Shown in pieces: positions 38,204 to 47,769 of a stretch of DNA of 64,000 bases. The translations under genes were made by a program, and so were the position numbers. This DNA comes from Candidatus Saccharimonadia bacterium. Its GTDB lineage: Bacteria > Patescibacteriota > Saccharimonadia > UBA4664 > JBBRNT01. The stretch lies in the NCBI GenBank assembly GCA_038230095.1, contig JBBRNT010000001.1, positions 48,848 through 112,847 on the forward strand, read 5' to 3'. Under the pieces are notes generated by a model. The model ran no database searches. It was not told the origin of the DNA and saw only the letters and a list, made by a program, of their open reading frames with translations. Numbering within the stretch: position 1 is the stretch's first letter; every line of letters begins with the position of its first letter.

Positions 38204-38230
38204 GAAGGCCCCTTCGGGGGTCTTTTTTTT
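38204..38230 (+). terminator. rho-independent terminator (gaaggccccttcgggggtc + tttttttt)
   Basis: A hairpin is followed by a T8 run. Confidence 0.85.
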
Positions 38231-38292
38231 GCCTGTACTTATTTCAGTCGCGTATGCCCGCAGGAAAGTAAGGAGGACTGAGACGGGAGAGC

Positions 38293-39009
38293 TTATGGCT
38301 TGAGGCCGATAAAGGCTACATTGTGGGCGTAGGACTCTTTGTCGCGGCGGTAGCTATGGAGGGAGTCGTCAGAGAAGGTGGAGCGCGGGTCATGCTCAAT
38401 CTGGCTACGGGGTACGCCGGACTCTAGGAGCTGGTCAACAATACGGGCTGTGTAGTCTAGGTAGACCTTCGCGGGATCGGGGTGAGGGTGCCAGTACTTC
38501 TGATCAAACTTGTCCGCTACGTCGAGGTGTACTTCAAAGTCTGCGCCCGAGATTGCGGGCCCCACAAAAGCATAGATGCTGTGCGGAGTAGTACCATACT
38601 GTTTGGCCAAGGCAGAGATGGTCCCCGGCACAATGCCGGCCTCGGTGCCACGCCAACCGGCGTGAATATTGGCAAGGGCGTGGTGCTTCGGATCATAGAG
38701 CATGATTGCGGCACAATCGGCCATGCGAATGGTAAGGAGGTAGTCTGGCTGGTCAGTAATAATGCCGTCGGCTCTGGCGCCGTAGCCATTGCTAGGGACA
38801 GTAATAATGTCCCCGCCGTGGACCTGCTTGGTGGCAATGACGTGGTGAGGATTAAAGCCGACGCTAGTGGCGATGGCCTCAAATATGGCCCGGGCGTGTG
38901 GATCGGTAATGGTATTTAGATTGGCATTGGGTAGATCCTGCCCGCGGCCTATGAAGCCAGCGGTAAGCTCGGGAAAGGATTTGAAAATGTCTGGTGTATG
39001 GAAAAGCAT
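38293..39009 (-). CDS. pgeF: peptidoglycan editing factor / purine nucleoside phosphorylase YfiH (DUF152, laccase-domain)
   Basis: The ligands are HAGWRG and CAAIMLYD...H. The length is 238 aa. Confidence 0.8.
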   Translation of the reverse strand: MLFHTPDIFKSFPELTAGFIGRGQDLPNANLNTITDPHARAIFEAIATSVGFNPHHVIATKQVHGGDIITVPSNGYGARADGIITDQPDYLLTIRMADCAAIMLYDPKHHALANIHAGWRGTEAGIVPGTISALAKQYGTTPHSIYAFVGPAISGADFEVHLDVADKFDQKYWHPHPDPAKVYLDYTARIVDQLLESGVPRSQIEHDPRSTFSDDSLHSYRRDKESYAHNVAFIGLKP

Positions 39010-39026
39010 GCCATTAGTGTAGCAAA

Positions 39027-40253
39027 CTACTCGTAACGAAGGGCTTCGATGGGGCGTTTGCGGGCTGCCTTGATGGCTGGCGCGAGGCCGAAGATTATGC
39101 CAATGAGCACTGATACACCGAAGGCAACGGACATGGTCTGAATGGTGAAGACGGGCGTGACGTGGGCGAGCTTGCCTACGCCATAGCCCATACCAAAGGC
39201 GCCAAGTACACCGAGAAGACCACCGATAAGCGAGAGAATAATAGCCTCAATGAGGAACTGGCCGGCAATAGTGGAGCGAGTAGCGCCGAGGGCCTTACGA
39301 ATACCGATCTCACGGGTGCGCTCGGTGACGGTGACAAGCATCATGTTCATAATACCGATGCCACCAACGAGAAGAGCAATGGAGGCAATGGCTGCCACAA
39401 ACGTTGAGAGCAGATCGAGTATGCCGCCAACAGTAGAGACGAGATCGGCCTGGGTAAGGACGCTGAAGTCTTCTTGACCACCGTGGTTGGCAAGGAGAGC
39501 TGTTTTGAGGCGGTCAACGCTGGGCTGAACCTGGTCGGACGAGTCGGCTTGCGCAAGGATACGGAGGATTTGAACATTGCCATCGGACAGGCGCTTCCCG
39601 GCTTCGAGAGGCAGGTAGGCTACCGAGTCGAAATTGGGTCCAGAGATGGCGCCGCCACCGGAGTCAGATTTCTTAATGACGCCAATAACCTGGAAGTCGG
39701 TGGAGCGGATCTTAACCGTCTTACCTACGGCGTCGTTTGAGCCGAAGAGCTCTTCCTTGAGGTCAGCGCCCAGAAGTGTAACATTACCGGCTTTCTCGGA
39801 GTCATTGAAGAAACGGCCAGCAGTGAACTTCTGCTCGCGTAGCACATTGTACTGGGTGGTTGTAGCAATAATAAGAGCCGATTGTGAGGTAGCGCCATCG
39901 TGGCTGACCGTGCCCGAAATGAGCGATATGGGCGCCACGGTAGTAATGTGTTTGACCGTGGCGATGGCATCTAGGTCCTTCGGGGTAAGGGTGGAAGCGC
40001 CAGCACTAGACGCAAAATTGGTCTGGGTCTTGCCCTTGCTGTCCTTACTGACAGTCTTTCCGCTGGTGACGGTAAGTAGATTGGTGCCGAGTCCGGTGAT
40101 CTGGTCAGAGACCTGTTTCTTAACGCCCTCGCCGACGGAGTTGATGGATACCACCGCGGCAATGCCAATGATGATACCGAGCATGGTGAGAAAAGAGCGT
40201 AGCTTACTAGCCCGGAGGCTCATAAAGGCCATTTTAATATTTTCCCAGATCAT
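39027..40253 (-). CDS. ABC transporter permease, MacB/FtsX type (periplasmic core domain + 4 TM)
   Basis: An N-terminal TM is followed by a large extracytoplasmic domain and an FtsX C-terminal region. Confidence 0.85.
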   Translation of the reverse strand: MIWENIKMAFMSLRASKLRSFLTMLGIIIGIAAVVSINSVGEGVKKQVSDQITGLGTNLLTVTSGKTVSKDSKGKTQTNFASSAGASTLTPKDLDAIATVKHITTVAPISLISGTVSHDGATSQSALIIATTTQYNVLREQKFTAGRFFNDSEKAGNVTLLGADLKEELFGSNDAVGKTVKIRSTDFQVIGVIKKSDSGGGAISGPNFDSVAYLPLEAGKRLSDGNVQILRILAQADSSDQVQPSVDRLKTALLANHGGQEDFSVLTQADLVSTVGGILDLLSTFVAAIASIALLVGGIGIMNMMLVTVTERTREIGIRKALGATRSTIAGQFLIEAIILSLIGGLLGVLGAFGMGYGVGKLAHVTPVFTIQTMSVAFGVSVLIGIIFGLAPAIKAARKRPIEALRYE

Positions 40254-41008
40254 AATCCCATACTCCGTTTCAGGGCCGGCCGAACTGGCTTCTGGATGCG
40301 CAGGCTAGGCTTACCAATGGATTGCTGTTGCTTGAGCGACTCAACAATCTCGCCGTCACGAACGTGGATGATGCGGTCGGTTTGCTCGGCAAGCTCGGGA
40401 TTGTGGGTGACCATAACTATGGTTGTGCCGCTGCGGTGGAGTTCGTGTAAGAGGTCCATGACGGCTTTGCTGGAGCGAGTATCTAGATTGCCGGTGGGCT
40501 CGTCAGCCAGGATGAGGCTGGGCTTATTGGCTAGCGCGCGAGCTATGGCTGCCCGTTGTGCTTGGCCACCGGAGATCTTGGACGGCCGGGACTTAGCGCG
40601 GTCCTTAATACCAACCAGGTCCAGTAGCTCTAGGGCTCGCTTGTGACGAGTACGGGCCGGGACGCCTGTGTAGATCATGGGTATCTCCACGTTCTGTAGG
40701 ACTGTCATGCGTAGAAGCAGATTAAAGCTCTGAAAGACAAAGCCAATCTTGTCTCGGCGGAGCTTGGCCAGATCACTATCTTTCTTGGTCGCAATTAGCT
40801 GCTCATCGAGCAAAAACTCGCCACTGGAGGGTACGTCGAGCAGGCCCAGGATGTTCATAAGTGTAGACTTACCTGACCCTGATGGCCCCATGATGGCCAC
40901 AAACTCGCCTTGGGCAATGACAAGATTAATATCTTGGAGGATGGGGGGCTCGCCTGGAGCTGCATCGGCAAAATGCTTGGTAATGTGGCGCAGCTCGATA
41001 ACGTTCAT
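40250..41008 (-). CDS. ABC transporter ATP-binding protein (MacB/LolD-like)
   Basis: Walker A is GPSGSGKST. The signature is LSGGQAQRAAIARAL. Walker B is ILADEPTGNLD. The ORF is ATGA-coupled to the permease. Confidence 0.9.
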   Translation of the reverse strand: MNVIELRHITKHFADAAPGEPPILQDINLVIAQGEFVAIMGPSGSGKSTLMNILGLLDVPSSGEFLLDEQLIATKKDSDLAKLRRDKIGFVFQSFNLLLRMTVLQNVEIPMIYTGVPARTRHKRALELLDLVGIKDRAKSRPSKISGGQAQRAAIARALANKPSLILADEPTGNLDTRSSKAVMDLLHELHRSGTTIVMVTHNPELAEQTDRIIHVRDGEIVESLKQQQSIGKPSLRIQKPVRPALKRSMGL

Positions 41009-41178
41009 GCTTATATTTTAGCTTAAACAAGCGATTTGGCATACCGCTTCTGGTTGACGGATGGGACTGTCAATAGTCCTTACCGCTTTGGCAATAATAA
41101 CGAAAACCGCCAGCTGGAGCCGGTCGCTTGCGCGACCAGCCCAGGGCTGGCGGTGAGTGAGAAACGGTCCTTCGCAGG

Positions 41179-42603
41179 TTAGCGCCGAAGGATAAGGTGG
41201 TTGTTGGCGTCGGTCCACATCTCCATGTAGGTCTTGGAGCAGGCACGCAACGAGGGGTTGCTAGCGTTGACGCAGACGGTATGGAGTAGGACGCCCCCGT
41301 GTAGCGCTAGGCTGATAAGCCCAGCGTCTTCGGCGCCTTGGCCATCAGTGAGTAGCAGGATTTCCGGCGTGTCGCCTTTACGGTGGGGCAGCCGGCGAAT
41401 GTCGTCGGCACCAGTGGTAATGGCACTCTGAATGTCTGTGCCGCCACCAAGGTTCGGGGGCACCATGAGCGCCGCAATGAGGCGGGCTTTGCCGACTTCG
41501 TCGGGAGCTTCCTGTAGTGCCCCAACCTGGCCGGTGAATGGACGATACAGGTACCGAGAGCCATCCTTCATGTGACAGCCAATGACGACGGACGCCAAGG
41601 CAATTTCCATGCAAATGCGGCGGTTATCGCAGCCTGCTTGCATGTTTGAAAGCGTGGATGGGCTCCAATCCATGAGGATGATCAGGTTCTGTCCCTTGGT
41701 GGCGTCAGGCACCCTGATCTTGCGCGAGTGAGTGACTGTCTTCTGATAGGGCTCCTGGCGCGTAACGGGCCGTTCCACCGTGGATGCCACTGGAGTCTCG
41801 ATCCGTTCTTGGTACTCAGAGACCAGTAGCTCTCGCTCGGCTACCTGGGGTGCCCAGAACTCTGTGGGTGTGCCCAAGAGTGCCAGGGGGATCTCGTCCA
41901 GCTCGGAGAAGCCTTCGATCTGTCGTAGTTCCTGGTCGTTGGTGGGGTAGGCGGCAGGTTCCCAGGAAGACGCGGTGGTGGTGATGGGGACGGGCTCGTT
42001 GTGCACCACGCTTCTGGTCCGTTCCACGACGACTGGCTCCTGAATAGTCACCTCTCTGGTAAGGTCGGGATTCTCCAGGTTGTAGTAGTCGATGACCGGG
42101 ATATTATGCATGGCATTGAGCTCGGCGATGAACTGGGGTACCAGATCTAGATCTGGCTTCAGCAGCACCGCGCTCCAGGCCGATGTGTTCATGGTGGCGA
42201 GCATTTCCACTAGCTCCTCGGTCTCACCGTCCATACGGCCAGGCAATGGCGCCTCGCCGCCCCATGGCTTGCCATCGCTTGATGTCTCTTGCTGTGACTT
42301 GGTTTGGTTCAGCTTAGGCAGCTGCACCAGGGGGTGGGGGCTGAAGAAGTGGGAGAACCGTTCCTGCCAACGCCGATGTGGCGAGACATTGGTTCGGGTG
42401 CGTAGATCGTAGACAGTGCCTGATTCATTCAGATTGTCTTGGACCTGGGTTACCGCCTCTTCGTAGGTGGGGTAGAAGCCGGCTGGCTTGCCCTCGTAGT
42501 CGAAGACTGCGAAGGGGCCATCACCATGGTCATCGGGCTTGGGGCTACGAATTAGCCACTTGCCAATGCCGATAGTGCGTTGAAAACGCTGTCCGACGTT
42601 CAT
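41179..42603 (-). CDS. VWA-domain protein (ViaA-like partner of the MoxR/RavA-type ATPase)
   Basis: The C-terminal VWA domain is LIILMDWSPS...GGGTDI...ILLLTDGQG. The start overlaps the stop of the ATPase gene. Confidence 0.65.
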   Translation of the reverse strand: MNVGQRFQRTIGIGKWLIRSPKPDDHGDGPFAVFDYEGKPAGFYPTYEEAVTQVQDNLNESGTVYDLRTRTNVSPHRRWQERFSHFFSPHPLVQLPKLNQTKSQQETSSDGKPWGGEAPLPGRMDGETEELVEMLATMNTSAWSAVLLKPDLDLVPQFIAELNAMHNIPVIDYYNLENPDLTREVTIQEPVVVERTRSVVHNEPVPITTTASSWEPAAYPTNDQELRQIEGFSELDEIPLALLGTPTEFWAPQVAERELLVSEYQERIETPVASTVERPVTRQEPYQKTVTHSRKIRVPDATKGQNLIILMDWSPSTLSNMQAGCDNRRICMEIALASVVIGCHMKDGSRYLYRPFTGQVGALQEAPDEVGKARLIAALMVPPNLGGGTDIQSAITTGADDIRRLPHRKGDTPEILLLTDGQGAEDAGLISLALHGGVLLHTVCVNASNPSLRACSKTYMEMWTDANNHLILRR

Positions 42604-43871
42604 GAAACTTCGGGCCAATCTTGCGTGAGCGACATGGTGCTGTCATTTGCCGGTGCCAGCAGCGGAAGCTCAGCACGGAGCTCCTGCATGATGGCCTGGT
42701 TGGTGGCATGTCCACGACGGGACTTGCCCAACCATTCCTGGATCTGGAGGGCGCCCCAGGTGGGGGCCTGCCCGGCAACCACATTGACAGCATGGGAGTT
42801 TTGGCCAGCTTCGTCGCGGAGCGTGTGCATACCCTCGGCCAGCCTCCCAAGTGTTTCGGTTTGCTTGATGTCGTCGGCACGAGTAGGAATGGTGGCGCGA
42901 CAGGTCTCGCTCCAGAGGGCTTCTAGCTCGGGGTTGGCGCCAATAGTGAGCAAGCCATACTCGTAGGTGTGGATGTCTGGGAACACGGTGTGATCGCGGC
43001 CATGCAGCACAGCATTGGCCCGCGACAGATTGAGTAGAAACGCATCGGTGCGTTGCGACAGCGGCGCCAGAACCGCCCCGATTTCATCAGGGGTTGGTTC
43101 ACGGCGCAAGGTGGGTTCCAGCTGCTCGCGGACCAGTGCTTCGGCCTGCGGCATGAAGGTGGCCAGGATGTGGGTGTGGAGCAGTCGGTAGCCCTCGCTC
43201 ATGACTATGCCGCCCTCTGAAGGGCTGGCGTTGGCCAGTGCTCGCATTTCCGCGAGGCCACCGTAGTCCAGCTTGGGGAGCTGGTGCGCGCGCTTTTCCA
43301 GGTAGTTGTCGGTCAGGCCCAGCTTGTCGATGTAGTTGGTAACAGGCGTAGCGCGGATCTTTACCAGGAAACGCTCCATGACGGCCTTGATGGCTTCCGT
43401 CAGGCGACGGAAGTTGGTGGTGGCAATCACGGTATGCAGCGGTATGTGCAGGATGGGATCGTCTTTGGACATGTAGATGCGCTCGTTCAGAACATTGAGC
43501 AGGGCACCGCGCAGGATCATATCCGGCAGGTCAAATAGCTCGTCCAGGAAGGCGAAGCCCGCGGTGAGTAGGCCGCCTTCAATATTACGAACTTGCTTGC
43601 CTTTCTCGATCATGAGGCTGACAATGAGCTGCCCAAACATGTCCTCGAGCTTGGTCATGGCAGAGACGCCGAGCCGGAAGATGGGTACGTCGGTGAACAT
43701 GGAAAAGGTGGAGACGGCAAGCTCGCTCTTGCCATTGCCAGCTTTGCCCTCAATGAGGACGTGTTGGCCGGCAACGAGCGCCAGGCTAATGCCCGGAACC
43801 GCGCGCCGGTAGCTGATAAACCCTTGCGCGACTTCCGACATTGCTACGGCGAATTCTTCACGGTACTGCAT
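42600..43871 (-). CDS. AAA+ ATPase, MoxR/RavA-like
   Basis: Walker A is VLIEGKAGNGKSELA. Walker B is FAFLDELFD. Sensor-1 is TVIATTNF. The sequence is collinear with the E. coli RavA core. The start is at MQYREEF. The track ORF extends to 44036. Confidence 0.7.
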   Translation of the reverse strand: MQYREEFAVAMSEVAQGFISYRRAVPGISLALVAGQHVLIEGKAGNGKSELAVSTFSMFTDVPIFRLGVSAMTKLEDMFGQLIVSLMIEKGKQVRNIEGGLLTAGFAFLDELFDLPDMILRGALLNVLNERIYMSKDDPILHIPLHTVIATTNFRRLTEAIKAVMERFLVKIRATPVTNYIDKLGLTDNYLEKRAHQLPKLDYGGLAEMRALANASPSEGGIVMSEGYRLLHTHILATFMPQAEALVREQLEPTLRREPTPDEIGAVLAPLSQRTDAFLLNLSRANAVLHGRDHTVFPDIHTYEYGLLTIGANPELEALWSETCRATIPTRADDIKQTETLGRLAEGMHTLRDEAGQNSHAVNVVAGQAPTWGALQIQEWLGKSRRGHATNQAIMQELRAELPLLAPANDSTMSLTQDWPEVS

Positions 43872-44060
43872 GGTTATTGTCCTAACTTGTCGAGGATCTC
43901 TGCGAAGACGGTTCGCGGATGCCGGAGGGAATGCCTCATGGTCAGCCCCAGCAGATGCTGGGGCGGGGTAGAGGGATTCCTGGGGGTGGGTCGATTGCTC
44001 GACCCACCCCCAAAGGAGACTGTCGTTACGGGACAAGCGTGGAGGAAGGAGAAGCTGCTC

Positions 44061-44279
44061 CTAGTAGCCGGTGAAGGCGGTGACGTAGACTGTCCGCGGC
44101 TCGGCGGACTCAACTACGAGCACCTGAATACCCTTGAGGATAACCTCTTGGCCGTCGTACGGGTGGGCGAAGAATGCCTCGCTACCACCGCGAACGCTCA
44201 AGGTGACCTCCCCTGTAATGCCGGGAGCGACTTGGCCAGTGACCCGGCCAATCTTCCCGATCAGGGAACTAATGGCCAT
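44061..44279 (-). CDS. NfeD-like C-terminal OB-fold protein (short form, 72 aa)
   Basis: The sequence is MAISSLIGKIGRVTGQVAPGITGEVTLSVRGGSEAFFAHPYDGQEVILKGIQVLVVESAEPRTVYV. A strong RBS (aggagg) is present upstream. The track ORF extends to 44618. Confidence 0.7.
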   Translation of the reverse strand: MAISSLIGKIGRVTGQVAPGITGEVTLSVRGGSEAFFAHPYDGQEVILKGIQVLVVESAEPRTVYVTAFTGY

Positions 44280-45717
44280 CAGTACCTCCTGTGGTATCGG
44301 CGCCGGCGGTTGCAGCATCGGGTGCGGGCGTAGGGGCGGCAGCTGCAACAGCCTTCGGCATGAACATGCCCCTGAGCAGTTCGAAGCCAGCCATGCCGGT
44401 GGAAGCCACCTGCATGAGTGCACCGTTGACTCCTTCGGCGCCGTTGAGCACCGTGAAGTTGTCGACATGAGCAAAAGCACTGGCAGCCTGGCCGACAATG
44501 TCTGCCCAGTTTTCGGCCAGCTGTTGCATGGCAACGGCTTCCGGATTGGTGGCCAGAGCCTCGGCACGAGCCTTGATAGCGGCTGCCTCAGCCAAACCGC
44601 GGGCCTCGATAGCCGCACCTTCTGCCTTACCTTTGGCCTCAGTGGCGTCGGCTTCGGCCTGACCCGTCAGACGGGTGGCTGCGGCCTCAGCCTCGGCAGC
44701 GAGGGTGATGCGCTTGGCATTACCCTGAGCTGTCAGTTCGGCGACCCGGCTGGTGGCCTCGGCGGCGGCAATATCGGCATCGCGCTTGGCCTCGGCCGGG
44801 CGGATGACGCTGGCAACCAGGCGCTGTTGCTCGCGTCCAGCTTCGAGTTCCGCAGCGCGGGTCTCTTGCTCGACGACGGCTTGGCGGGCCTGGGCTTCGG
44901 CCAGTGGGCCAGCCTGGGCGGCTTCCTGCTGGGCGCGGTCGCGCTCGGCCTGGAAGCCCGCTTGCTTGATGGCTGAGTCGCGCTCGGCCTCGGCCTTGAG
45001 GGCGTTGGCCTCTTGCTCACGCTGGGTGGCCTCGCGGTCGGCGTCGGCCTGAGCGATGCGAGCAGCACTCTGGACGGCGGCGGTGTGGGGCTTGGCCAGG
45101 TTGGCGATGTAGCCGGTCGGGTCATCGATCTCCTGGATCTGCAGCGAGTCGACGACGAGTCCCAACTTGACCATCTCGGTACCTGAGGCATCGCGGGTCT
45201 TGGTGGTCAGCTGCTCGCGGTCGCGGATCATGTCTTCCACCGTCATGCTGCCGACGATGCTGCGCAAGTGGCCGGCGAAGACGTTGTGAACTCGTTGGTC
45301 CATCTTGTCCTGCTGGTCGAGGAAGCGCCGGGCGGCGTTGGTGATGCTGGTGGGGTCGTCGCCGATCTTGTAGATGACCGTGCCTTGGACGTGGACGGGA
45401 ATGCCTTGGGCGGTGACGCAGTCGACAACGAGGTCGGCCTGGTGCAGGTCGAGCGACAGCCGACGGACGGCTTGGACGCCTGGCAAGACCAAGGTGCCCT
45501 TGCCGGTGACGATGCGGAAACCCATCTCGTCGCCGGTGGAATCCTTGACGGTTCCTTTCTTACTAAGTCCTGAGATGATCAGAGCTTCGTTGGGCTCGGC
45601 GACCCGCCACATGGCCTTGAACAGCAGGATGAGCACGATGATGATCGCAACCACTCCTATGACCGGGTAGGCAAAGACCGGGATCTTGGCCAGTTGACTG
45701 ATTGCTGCGTTCACAGC
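44269..45717 (-). CDS. floT: flotillin-like SPFH/Band-7 protein
   Basis: An N-terminal TM is followed by an SPFH domain and a long Ala/Glu-rich coiled-coil (EAQARQAVVEQETRAAELEAGR...). The GTG start has RBS aaggag. The ORF overlaps the NfeD gene start by 11 nt. Confidence 0.8.
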   Translation of the reverse strand, partial: AVNAAISQLAKIPVFAYPVIGVVAIIIVLILLFKAMWRVAEPNEALIISGLSKKGTVKDSTGDEMGFRIVTGKGTLVLPGVQAVRRLSLDLHQADLVVDCVTAQGIPVHVQGTVIYKIGDDPTSITNAARRFLDQQDKMDQRVHNVFAGHLRSIVGSMTVEDMIRDREQLTTKTRDASGTEMVKLGLVVDSLQIQEIDDPTGYIANLAKPHTAAVQSAARIAQADADREATQREQEANALKAEAERDSAIKQAGFQAERDRAQQEAAQAGPLAEAQARQAVVEQETRAAELEAGREQQRLVASVIRPAEAKRDADIAAAEATSRVAELTAQGNAKRITLAAEAEAAATRLTGQAEADATEAKGKAEGAAIEARGLAEAAAIKARAEALATNPEAVAMQQLAENWADIVGQAASAFAHVDNFTVLNGAEGVNGALMQVASTGMAGFELLRGMFMPKAVAAAAPTPAPDAATAGADTTGGTDGH

Positions 45718-46044
45718 TTCTCCTTGTGGGGTACAAACGGTATACGGCCCGCTATGCCGGAGGGAGTACCTCATAGCAACGCTCAATAGAATTGAGAATC
45801 GGCGAGAGATAGTCCAGATAGGACAAGATATTTATTAATAACATTTTTATGTTGTTTGGTCAACGTTTACCATCTGATAAGCCTAGCATAATGTGGGTTG
45901 CGGTATACTAGACCTGCCGCTGTCAGTCGTTTCGTAGACTGCCTGACAGTTGGTGAGGCGTCCGCCGGGAGCGGGCTGGAGTAATCCAGTCCCGCCCCCG
46001 AGCGGCGTTTTTAGTTGTGACGTAACTAACGTTGATTGGAAATA

Positions 46045-46719
46045 CTAGCCTCCGGTTGTAGGAGTGGTCCCTTCCGTGCTTGGTGGGACTGTGTTGGTAG
46101 TGATGCCACCATTGGCTGTGGAGCTGACGCCCCCGGCGCTGACGCTGGGCTTAGCCGTCGATGCATCGTAGATGATGAGCGGCTTGGTGGTGAGGTTCAG
46201 CGGTGAGTCCGACTCCAGGTACAAGCCATTCCACTTGATCTCTACACCTTCGGTGGTGAAGAAACCAATGCCGTCTGGCTCTGGTCCCCAGGTGGCATTG
46301 TCACCCGGCGACTTTGTAGCAACGGCGTTACCGCAATTGTTGCCACAACCAGAGTAGTTCAGCTTGTCCTCGGTGGTCATCTGGCTGTTGAGGCTGAAGA
46401 CCATCCCCTGGATGGTGAACTGGGTGATGGGTTGGCCATTCACGTTGAGCAAGGTCACGTACGCAAGACGGTTCTTGTCGTTCTGCCGCAGGAGATTCTC
46501 CTTGAGCAGGGTACGCTCCAGCCAGCCACCTTTAATCATCTCTGCAGATGGGTAGGGCACCTGGGCTTCGGCCGCTTTCTGGTAGTTCTCGACAACTTGT
46601 TGACTGGTCTGCTGACTGTCAGCGGGAGTGGTGGGTCCGTCGCTGACGCAGGCTGCGAGCAGTAAGACGCTGGCCATACCGACGGCCAAGTACCTCAGGG
46701 TGGATTGGAAACGGTTCAT
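46045..46719 (-). CDS. putative lipoprotein (signal peptide with lipobox LLAAC)
   Basis: The lipobox is MNRFQSTLRYLAVGMASVLLLAAC|VSD. The C-terminal region is Thr/Gly-rich. Confidence 0.6.
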   Translation of the reverse strand: MNRFQSTLRYLAVGMASVLLLAACVSDGPTTPADSQQTSQQVVENYQKAAEAQVPYPSAEMIKGGWLERTLLKENLLRQNDKNRLAYVTLLNVNGQPITQFTIQGMVFSLNSQMTTEDKLNYSGCGNNCGNAVATKSPGDNATWGPEPDGIGFFTTEGVEIKWNGLYLESDSPLNLTTKPLIIYDASTAKPSVSAGGVSSTANGGITTNTVPPSTEGTTPTTGG

Positions 46720-46755
46720 TGTGGATTCCTTTCGGGGTTGGTGGGTTGAACCGGA

Positions 46756-47327
46756 TTACTTGCTACCGACACAATCGAAGTCGCTGAAAGCGGCCTGATT
46801 GCTGGTGAACACGGGGTCTGTGGCGACAATCTTGTAGGGCAGATCGGCGTCGCGGAAGTCCCGGGCGGTGTACTGCTCAGTTGAAGCGTTGTACTCGCCG
46901 ACCACGCGGCGACACTGCTGTTGCAGGCCGGTGACGGTGGTTTGCAGGTTGGTTTGCTGCTCGGCCAGCGGATCGTAGGCGGTACCGTTGCCGACGGTGG
47001 GGTGCTGCCTGTTGAAGGCATCCAGGGTGGCTTGGGCGTCGCTGAGACGCTGGTCGAGTGAGCGGATGGACTCAAAGTTGTCGTGGTACTGAGCCTGTGC
47101 CTCGATGCGGTTGGTGGCACTGTTCTTAATGATGGCAGCGTCGCCTCGGCCCTTGGTGTTGCTCGTAGCCACATTGAACCCCCAGATCCCAACGGGATGA
47201 GAATAGATGCGGCTACCACGGCTACAATGGTCCAGATGGCCCAACGGCGGCCGGTGCGAACGAGTTCGCGGTCGGACACCTCGGCAAAATTGCCCTTGTC
47301 GTCGTACTTCACGGTATTTCCTTTCAA
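46756..47327 (-). pseudogene. frameshifted gene: the N-terminus (TM anchor) is in the 46716..47327 frame and the C-terminal soluble domain is in the 46756..47244 frame
   Basis: The N-terminus MKGNTVKYDDKGNFAEVSDRELVRTGRRWAIWTIVAVVAASILIPLG is protein-like. It then turns into a Pro/Ser/Thr-rich run typical of an off-frame read. The -1 frame continues as a plausible protein (IWGFNVATSNTKGRGDAAIIK...). The two frames join near a G5/C5 run at 47179..47184. Confidence 0.5.
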
Positions 47328-47639
47328 TTGTTCAGGTACTGCAACGAATCAGTCGTTGCCACTGCGGTGGAGTTGTTGCTCCCCCGTCGCTGAGATGAAT
47401 TCAAGTTTCTCGGCGATAGGAGAGTAAGTAGCTGCTTTTGGGTGAAAAAATACCCCCAGGTCTTGGACAGGCTTTAGGCTAAACCTGTGACGTGGGGGTG
47501 AACTTTTCGATACCGATAGCTAATTAAACTGTATTTATCATTATAGGACACTTTTCTAGTTTGTCAAGCCCCTCTTGATTTGGCTTAAGGAAGCCAATAT
47601 TGGCAAGGAGCCAAATTTGTAGTATCGTGTCTTGGTTAT

Positions 47640-47728
47640 GGAGAGGTCGCATAGTTGGCCTAGTGCGCACGCTTGGAAAGCGTGTATGGGGCAACCCATC
47701 GAGAGTTCGAATCTCTCCCTCTCCGCCA
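47640..47728 (+). tRNA. tRNA-Ser (anticodon GGA), long variable arm, CCA encoded
   Basis: The acceptor is GGAGAGG/CCTCTCC. The anticodon stem is CACGC/GCGTG with loop TTGGAAA. The T-loop is GTTCGAATC. Confidence 0.9.
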
Positions 47729-47769
47729 AGAAAAGACCCTGACGAAAGTTGGGGTTTTTTCTTGGGCAG

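Noticed and set aside
42540-42640. There is an apparent 1-nt offset between my hand-counted coordinates and the ORF track. The printed ...catcgggctt|gggctacg... gives ggg where the track protein HRAWGYE needs gggg.
   Set aside because: It is most likely my transcription or counting error. My counts agree with the track again by 42878. I used the track coordinates for the AAA+ and VWA genes and make no biological claim from it.
44134-45670. Gly/Ala-rich plus-strand ORFs (44134..44976 at 280 aa, 44753..45052, 45268..45573) lie opposite the flotillin gene.
   Set aside because: They are antisense shadows of the Ala/Glu-rich coiled-coil region of flotillin. The minus-strand gene has a clear SPFH domain and RBS.
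46716-47327. Treating the 203-aa ORF 46716..47327 as an intact separate gene.
   Set aside because: After the first ~47 codons it becomes a Pro/Ser/Thr run that also overlaps the better 162-aa frame. I interpreted it as one frameshifted gene instead.
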